34,161 nucleotides of DNA from an uncultured Planctomycetaceae bacterium (GTDB lineage: Bacteria > Planctomycetota > Phycisphaerae > SM23-33), in assembly GCA_964483755.1 (NCBI GenBank), contig CAZADC010000001.1, positions 15,158-49,318 on the forward strand. Direction: 5' to 3'. Position numbers and translations under genes: made by a program. The notes under the pieces are model-generated. The model worked only from the letters and a program-made list of their open reading frames with translations, had not been told where the DNA came from and made no database searches. Of the stretch, positions 28,965-34,161 are shown one piece after another (positions within the stretch are counted from its first letter, which is position 1; every line of letters starts with the position of its first letter).

Positions 28965-29819
28965 ATGGATGAGAAGCGGAACAATCCGGAACCGGTCATC
29001 CGCGTCGTCGACCTCGTGAAGCGCTACGACGGCAGGGCGGTGCTGGACGGCGTGCAGCTCGACGTTCACCCCGGCGAGACGCTCGTTGTCATGGGCGGGT
29101 CCGGCTGCGGAAAGAGCACGCTGCTGCGGCACATGGTCGGCGCGATCGTGCCGGAGGAGGGGCACGTCGAGCTGCTGGGCTGCAATCTCAGCACGGCCGA
29201 GGAGGAGCAGCTCGACGCCCTGCGCAAGCGGTTCGGCATCCTGTTCCAGTCCGGGGCGCTGTTCAACTCGATGACCATCGGCGAGAACGTCGCCCTTCCG
29301 CTCACCGAGCACAGCACGCTGGACGAGGCGACCATCGAGATCATGGTCACCATCAAGCTGGAGCTTGTCGGGCTCCGCGAGGCGGCCGACCGCATGCCGG
29401 CCGAGATCTCCGGGGGGATGAAGAAGCGCGCCGGGCTCGCGCGGGCGATCGCGCTCGACCCGGAAATCCTGTTCTACGACGAGCCGTCAGCCGGTCTCGA
29501 CCCCGTCACGTCGGCGGAGATCGATCAGCTCATCATCGACCTGTCGCGGAAGCTCGGCGTCACCAGCGTGGTGGTGACCCACGAGATGGATTCCGCCTTC
29601 CGCATCGCCGACCGGATGGTGATGCTCGACAAGGGGCGGGTGCTGAAGATCGCCCCGCGGGAGGAGTTCGAGCGCATCCGCGACGGCGAACCGACCGGCG
29701 AGCCGGCCGAGGACCTGATCCGCCAGTTCCTCCGCGGCGATTCGGAAGGACCGATCACCCGGCGACGCCGCAGCACGGGCTACGCCGAGGACATCCTGGA
29801 AATCGGCGGACGCCCGTGA
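28965..29819 (+). CDS. mlaF: MlaF-family ABC transporter ATP-binding protein
   Basis: Walker A GGSGCGKST, ABC signature ISGGMKKRAGLARA and Walker B ILFYDEPSAGLD. A C-terminal extension of about 40 aa follows the NBD. Confidence 0.9.
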   Translation: MDEKRNNPEPVIRVVDLVKRYDGRAVLDGVQLDVHPGETLVVMGGSGCGKSTLLRHMVGAIVPEEGHVELLGCNLSTAEEEQLDALRKRFGILFQSGALFNSMTIGENVALPLTEHSTLDEATIEIMVTIKLELVGLREAADRMPAEISGGMKKRAGLARAIALDPEILFYDEPSAGLDPVTSAEIDQLIIDLSRKLGVTSVVVTHEMDSAFRIADRMVMLDKGRVLKIAPREEFERIRDGEPTGEPAEDLIRQFLRGDSEGPITRRRRSTGYAEDILEIGGRP

Positions 29820-29861
29820 CCCGGCGACCCGCGATGCAGCACACCGTTCGGAGATGACGAC

Positions 29862-31217
29862 ATGCCGAGAAAGCAACGAAGCAAACTTGCCGCCGGACTG
29901 TTCTCGCTGGCCTGCCTGCTCGCCCTGCTGGGCGTGGTGATCTGGCTGGGAGCGGCCGATATCTTCAAGACGACCTACCAGCGGGCGGTGTTCTACGCCG
30001 ACGTGTCGGACGGAAGCCTCGGGCTGAAGACCGGCAGCTTCGTCCGCATCAACGACGCGCAGGTGGGACGGATCGTCGACGTGCAGTTCAACCCGGACGA
30101 CGGGCGGACCTACTACACCGCCGAGATCGAGCAGGCGGGCGCGGAGATTCATCGCGACGGCAAGGCGGTGGCGTCGGCGGGATTCATCGGCGGATCGCAG
30201 CTCGTGGTGCTGTCGCGCGGCAGCGAGTCGGAGCCGCTCGCGACGGCCGACAACCCGCTCGAGGTGACCCCCGCCGGGTTCATGGACGCCCTGACGCAGC
30301 TCAGCGACAAGGTCGGCGCCGAGCTGGACCGCGAGGACCCCGAGGCGCTGCTGGGCAAGGTGCACGCGATTCTCGACGGGCTGGACACGGCCGCCGGGAC
30401 GGTGTCGGAGATCACGACGGCGCTTCAGCAGGAGATCGACGCCGAGCGCGCCGAGGCGCTGCTGGGCAAGATTCACACGGCCATGAACGACGTCAAACGG
30501 ATCACCTCCTCGCTTCGCCAGGAGATGTCGCGCGACGAGGAGGGCTCGCTGCTGGCGAAGGTTCACGGCACGGCTGACAACGTCCGCGACACGTCGGAGT
30601 TCCTCGTCGGCGAGATCGACCGCGAGGCCGAGGGGTCGGCGATGGGCAAGGTGCATGCGGGCCTCGACGACGTCACCGAGATGACCGCCGACGCGAAGCC
30701 GAAGGTCGGCGAGGCGCTGACGGCGGTACGCGACACGGCCAAGCGCCTCGACCGGTACACCGAGGAGGATCTCGGCGACCTGCTGGCGAAGATGCGGGAC
30801 GTCGGCGACAAGGTGCTGGAGATCGCCGAGAACCTGCGCGAGGTGTCGGTCGAGGCGAGGGAAGTCATCACCGTCAACCGCGTTCAGATCGACGAGATGA
30901 TCGACAACATGGCCCTCGTCTCGGCGGAGCTCAAGGCGACGGCGAAGGAAGTCCGGCGCAACCCGTGGCGGCTGTTCTACCGTCCGGACGACGAGGAGCT
31001 TCGCTCGCAGAACATCTACGACGCGGCGCGGGCTTTCAGCCAAGGGGCCGAGCAGCTCGACCAGGCGGTCACGAAGCTGCGCCGGCTCGCCGAGGCGCAT
31101 CCCGAGGGCGTGCCGGCCGACGACGAGCAGCTCGAGCGCATCCGGCGGCAGGTGGAGGAGAGCTTCTCGAACTTCACCAAGGTCGAGCGGGCGCTGTGGG
31201 ACGAGCTGACGAAGTAG
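29862..31217 (+). CDS. mlaD: MlaD/MCE-family protein with long repeat-containing helical C-terminal extension
   Basis: N-terminal TM anchor (LFSLACLLALLGVVIWLG). MCE core: GLKTGSFVRINDAQVGRIVDV...GFIGGSQLVVL. About 280 further residues follow, including 5 copies of an LLGKVH-type repeat. Confidence 0.75.
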   Translation: MPRKQRSKLAAGLFSLACLLALLGVVIWLGAADIFKTTYQRAVFYADVSDGSLGLKTGSFVRINDAQVGRIVDVQFNPDDGRTYYTAEIEQAGAEIHRDGKAVASAGFIGGSQLVVLSRGSESEPLATADNPLEVTPAGFMDALTQLSDKVGAELDREDPEALLGKVHAILDGLDTAAGTVSEITTALQQEIDAERAEALLGKIHTAMNDVKRITSSLRQEMSRDEEGSLLAKVHGTADNVRDTSEFLVGEIDREAEGSAMGKVHAGLDDVTEMTADAKPKVGEALTAVRDTAKRLDRYTEEDLGDLLAKMRDVGDKVLEIAENLREVSVEAREVITVNRVQIDEMIDNMALVSAELKATAKEVRRNPWRLFYRPDDEELRSQNIYDAARAFSQGAEQLDQAVTKLRRLAEAHPEGVPADDEQLERIRRQVEESFSNFTKVERALWDELTK

Positions 31218-31225
31218 TCGCGTGC

Positions 31226-31243
31226 AGGCGCGGCGCCGCGCCT
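31226..31243. terminator. Perfect 18-nt GC palindrome between convergent genes
   Basis: aggcgcggc|gccgcgcct (31226-31243) followed by tt. It lies between the MlaD stop (31217) and the vWA gene stop (31305). Confidence 0.3.
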
Positions 31244-31304
31244 TCGTCCGAGCGACGCAGTAATGCGCCGGTCGGCCGTTCGCGTCCGCCGGCGGGCCGG
31301 GCGA

Positions 31305-33242
31305 TCAGTCAGCGTCCTTCTTCGGGCGGACGTGGATCAGTTCGCCGCCGTAGTTCTCGGCGAGCTCTCGCATGTCCGCGACGGCGGCGCCGGCGCGTTC
31401 GCCGATGAGCACACAGTAGAGTCGCAGCGAGTAGGTGTCGTCGGGGTCCATCTCCTCCAGCATCTTGCGGATGTCGTCAAAGCCCTCGGTCTTCCCGTCG
31501 GTGATCAGGAACACCGTGTGGTGCCCGGACTCGTATCGCAGGCACATCGTCACGCGCTCGAATCGGCTGGCGGGACTCTGCGCCTCGGTCGGGCGAATCC
31601 TGTTCACGGCGCTGACGCCCGCTCGAATGGCGGCGTCGAGTTCCTCCTGGTCGCGCAGGTGCAGTCGGTAGTACTCCGAGCCCGATGGCGAGCTGAAGGG
31701 AGCGACGGCGAGTCCCTGCCCGATGCGCAGCTCCTTCAGCGCCTCGGCGACCTCCCCCTTCGCGACGTCCAGGGCGCCGGCGTCGGCCATGCTCGGCGAG
31801 CCGTCGATGAGGAAGTACACCTGCTCGGCCCGGTAGCTTCGCCCGAACAGTCGGATCATGTGGGCCTCGTTCCGGCGGAAGAGGTTCGCACGCTTCACGA
31901 GGACTCCCATGCGCGGCGTCTGGTGGCCGTCGAACAGCAGCTTCGCATCGCTTCGCGCCGGGGCCTCGATTTCGTGGTCCGCGATGATCCCGCCGATGCG
32001 GATGGGCAGCTCGCGCTCGAGCTTCCCGAGATTCCTCAACTCCGTCCTCGTCGCTTCGGCGGTCACGAGGAACCCGTCGCGCGACAAGGCCTCCACGCGG
32101 TACGTATCACGTCCGGGGACGGGAGACACGTCTTTCAACCAGAGGTCCCAAGAAAGGTACTTGCCGTCGAGGTCCGTCTCCCTTCGCCTCTTGAGCGCGT
32201 CACGGTACAGCTTGTTGAAACGTTGCTTCTCCTCGGGCGCCATGGACTGCCAGTGCGGAAGGGCGTCGGGCGGTTCGATGTCTTCGCCGAGCAGCCAGGC
32301 CGCCATCGTGCGCGGGGTCGCGACGGGGCTGTCGGCGATCCTCGCCCTGTATTCCTCGGCGCGCTTCGACCGCTCCGCCGTGCTTCTGACGGGGACCGGC
32401 TGCGGGTAGGTCCGGTGGGAACCCGAGTGCAGGCCGTGGGGCCGCTCGTCCGCGCCTTGGCGAGGGCGCGGTCCGGCGGCTGTCGCCAGTTCGCCGGGGT
32501 CCTTGGGCTGGTCCGTCCCCCGATCGCAGTGGCGGCAGCGGATCGTCTTCGCACCGCCGCAGTAGTGACAGGGCCCGAGGCGCCCGGCCCCCTGACAGCG
32601 GGAGCAGCGGCGCATGCCCTTGTGAGGGGAGTTCTCGCAGTCCGGGCACGGCATGGCGCCGTCGCCGTCGCATCGGCTGCAATCGCCGTGGTAATCCCGA
32701 CCGTCGCCCCCGCACGCCGTGCATTCGATCTCCCCCGCCCCGTTGCATCGCCCGCAGGCGACGTACCCGTTCGTGCAGTGCGGGCATCGCTCCTTGCCCG
32801 TCGCGTTGCAGTACGTGCAGCGCATCCGGCCGGTGTTGAAGCACCAGGGGCAGCGCTTCTCGCGCGTCTCCCGCGGGCGGGTCGCCGCGGCGGGCGGCTT
32901 CTCCGCCAGGGTCAGGCGGGCGCGGATCAGCACGCGATCGGCGCCCGATGGGGACGACTCCAGCGCCTCGCGGTAGCGTTGGGCGGCCGCCTCGAACTCC
33001 CGGCGGGCCAGCAGCCGTTCCGCCTCGTTGAAGGCGTCGAGTCCCGTCCTGTCGATGCGGGTCACGTCGGCGTGGGGCTTGGTGACGGTTCGATCGTCGA
33101 TCTCGAACGTCACGGTTCGATCGGTCGCCGCGGTGATCCGGATGTCCTCGTAGGCAATTCCCCGCACCCACACGGTGTCTGCGGATGCGGCACAGGTTGC
33201 GATATGCAGCACGCATGCCACTGAGAAAAGAGATGTTTTCAC
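31305..33242 (-). CDS. Secreted protein: N-terminal domain + 10x CxxC DnaJ-type zinc-ribbon region + middle domain + C-terminal vWA domain
   Basis: I chose the GTG at 33240-33242, preceded by AAGAGG (plus strand cctctt at 33251-33256). The signal peptide is KTSLFSVACVLHIATCAASA|D. The Cys-rich block lies at ~32520-32860. The vWA MIDAS DGSPS is at 31791-31805 (minus strand), with VFLITDGKTEG later. Confidence 0.7.
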   Translation of the reverse strand: MKTSLFSVACVLHIATCAASADTVWVRGIAYEDIRITAATDRTVTFEIDDRTVTKPHADVTRIDRTGLDAFNEAERLLARREFEAAAQRYREALESSPSGADRVLIRARLTLAEKPPAAATRPRETREKRCPWCFNTGRMRCTYCNATGKERCPHCTNGYVACGRCNGAGEIECTACGGDGRDYHGDCSRCDGDGAMPCPDCENSPHKGMRRCSRCQGAGRLGPCHYCGGAKTIRCRHCDRGTDQPKDPGELATAAGPRPRQGADERPHGLHSGSHRTYPQPVPVRSTAERSKRAEEYRARIADSPVATPRTMAAWLLGEDIEPPDALPHWQSMAPEEKQRFNKLYRDALKRRRETDLDGKYLSWDLWLKDVSPVPGRDTYRVEALSRDGFLVTAEATRTELRNLGKLERELPIRIGGIIADHEIEAPARSDAKLLFDGHQTPRMGVLVKRANLFRRNEAHMIRLFGRSYRAEQVYFLIDGSPSMADAGALDVAKGEVAEALKELRIGQGLAVAPFSSPSGSEYYRLHLRDQEELDAAIRAGVSAVNRIRPTEAQSPASRFERVTMCLRYESGHHTVFLITDGKTEGFDDIRKMLEEMDPDDTYSLRLYCVLIGERAGAAVADMRELAENYGGELIHVRPKKDAD

Positions 33243-33399
33243 GGTTCTTGCCTCTTTGTTCGAGATATGGCTCAGCTCCGCCCGATTTTGCCCCACGGGC
33301 CCCCGACCTGGCTCCTTTATACCGCGCAGATCCATAGATTCAAGCGCACATCCCGCGTTTGGGAAAGAGCCCCGCGCGTCGCCCTGCCGGCCGGCAGGG

Positions 33400-34080
33400 T
33401 CAATATTCGTAATCCTGGCGGACGGGGCTGGGCAGGACCGGGCGGTCGAGGACGATGTTCTCCGCGCCGCCGCCGGTGAAGCCCACGATGCCGCGCCCGC
33501 CGCCGTTGTCGCGGAGGTTGCGCTGCTCGGTGTCGGTCAGCCCGCCGAAGACGTCGCCGAGCCCGGGGTCGCGCTGGTTGAGCAGATGCTCCATCGGCGG
33601 AATGAGGTTGTCGTTGGAGAACTCGCCGGCGAACACTTGCATGCGTCCCTGCGGCGTGTTGAGGTTCCACGTGCCGGTCTCGCCGCTGAGCCCCATGCCC
33701 ATGTCGCCGCTGTAGCCGACCTGTCCGGAGGTGCCCCGGATGCTCGCGACGGCGACCGGGGTGGCCACCCGGAAGTCGTTGCGCCCGGCCTCGCGGTCCA
33801 CCTTGGCGTCGACCGTGCCGTACTTGAGCCCGACGCGAGCTTTGGCGGTGTCGCCCTCCTTGCGGAACTCGCTGATTCCCGCCTTGGTCGCGCTGTTGAC
33901 GGTCACCCGGCCGCGATCGGCGAACTGCAGCACGACCTTCCCGCCGAGCCCGGTGCGGATGATCGTCAGCTCCCCGAGCTCGTCGCCTTCCTCGATGGGG
34001 CGCCACTTTCCCTCGGCGCCCTCCTCGACGGCGACGAGCTTTTGCGCCGGCCCGGAAACCGAAACCACCGTCGCCGTCAT
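33400..34080 (-). CDS. FecR-domain-like protein (probably 5'-truncated by the window edge)
   Basis: FecR-like pattern: GDELGELTIIRTGLGGKVVLQFADRGRVTVNSAT...VGLKYGTVDAKV...DFRVATPVAVASIRGTS. The same frame stays open from 34081 to 34161 (EAPPAEAADARPADDADPVADGLADGA), so the true start may lie beyond the window. Confidence 0.5.
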   Translation of the reverse strand: MTATVVSVSGPAQKLVAVEEGAEGKWRPIEEGDELGELTIIRTGLGGKVVLQFADRGRVTVNSATKAGISEFRKEGDTAKARVGLKYGTVDAKVDREAGRNDFRVATPVAVASIRGTSGQVGYSGDMGMGLSGETGTWNLNTPQGRMQVFAGEFSNDNLIPPMEHLLNQRDPGLGDVFGGLTDTEQRNLRDNGGGRGIVGFTGGGAENIVLDRPVLPSPVRQDYEY

Positions 34081-34161
34081 GGCGCCGTCGGCAAGCCCAT
34101 CGGCGACGGGGTCGGCGTCGTCGGCGGGCCTCGCGTCGGCGGCCTCGGCGGGGGGGGCTTC

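Noticed and set aside
31263-33224. A 653-aa plus-strand ORF opposite the vWA/zinc-ribbon gene.
   Set aside because: It is antisense to a frame containing a signal peptide, ten CxxC motifs and a MIDAS motif. The plus-strand product has no features.
1-34161. Mobile elements, prophage, defence islands or toxin-antitoxin pairs.
   Set aside because: I recognised no transposase, integrase, recombinase, phage structural, restriction-modification, Cas or TA-like gene in any frame. No terminal inverted repeats or tRNA-flanked island boundaries were seen.

Overview
GC-rich bacterial chromosomal window (by eye about two-thirds G+C, not computed). The protein styles suggest Planctomycetota, which is an inference only. 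I support about 24 protein-coding genes. I saw no rRNA, tRNA, CRISPR array, transposase or integrase. Many long ORFs in the track are antisense or shadow ORFs typical of high-GC DNA and are rejected below. Left arm: HIT protein, lipoprotein cyclophilin, M14-like carboxypeptidase, GH127-like beta-L-arabinofuranosidase, a URO-D-fold protein and an aldo/keto reductase. Centre (7395-17598): one giant gene of about 3,400 codons. It has 16 SdrD-B/Cna-B-like repeats, 3 CARDB-like domains, 3 cadherin-like domains and a C-terminal beta-helix-like region. A beta-sandwich + SGNH-hydrolase module is nested inside one repeat. The reading frame is broken once, at about 8110-8116. Right arm: SDR oxidoreductase; an M48 (HtpX-like) protease divergent from a Spy/CpxP-like LTxxQ protein; thrC, dapB, a second URO-D-fold gene, an alpha/beta-hydrolase esterase and endonuclease V. 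Next comes a tightly coupled six-gene operon: HEAT lipoprotein, RsbW-like kinase, STAS antagonist, MlaE, MlaF and a long MlaD. Last are a secreted 10xCxxC zinc-ribbon + vWA protein and a FecR-like protein running off the window edge. The best candidates for something undescribed are three. First, the partner-switching kinase/STAS pair hard-wired to the Mla lipid transporter. Second, the hydrolase module nested in the giant adhesin-like protein. Third, the exported DnaJ-type Cys-rich vWA protein. All functional calls come from motif reading by eye; no database search was possible.
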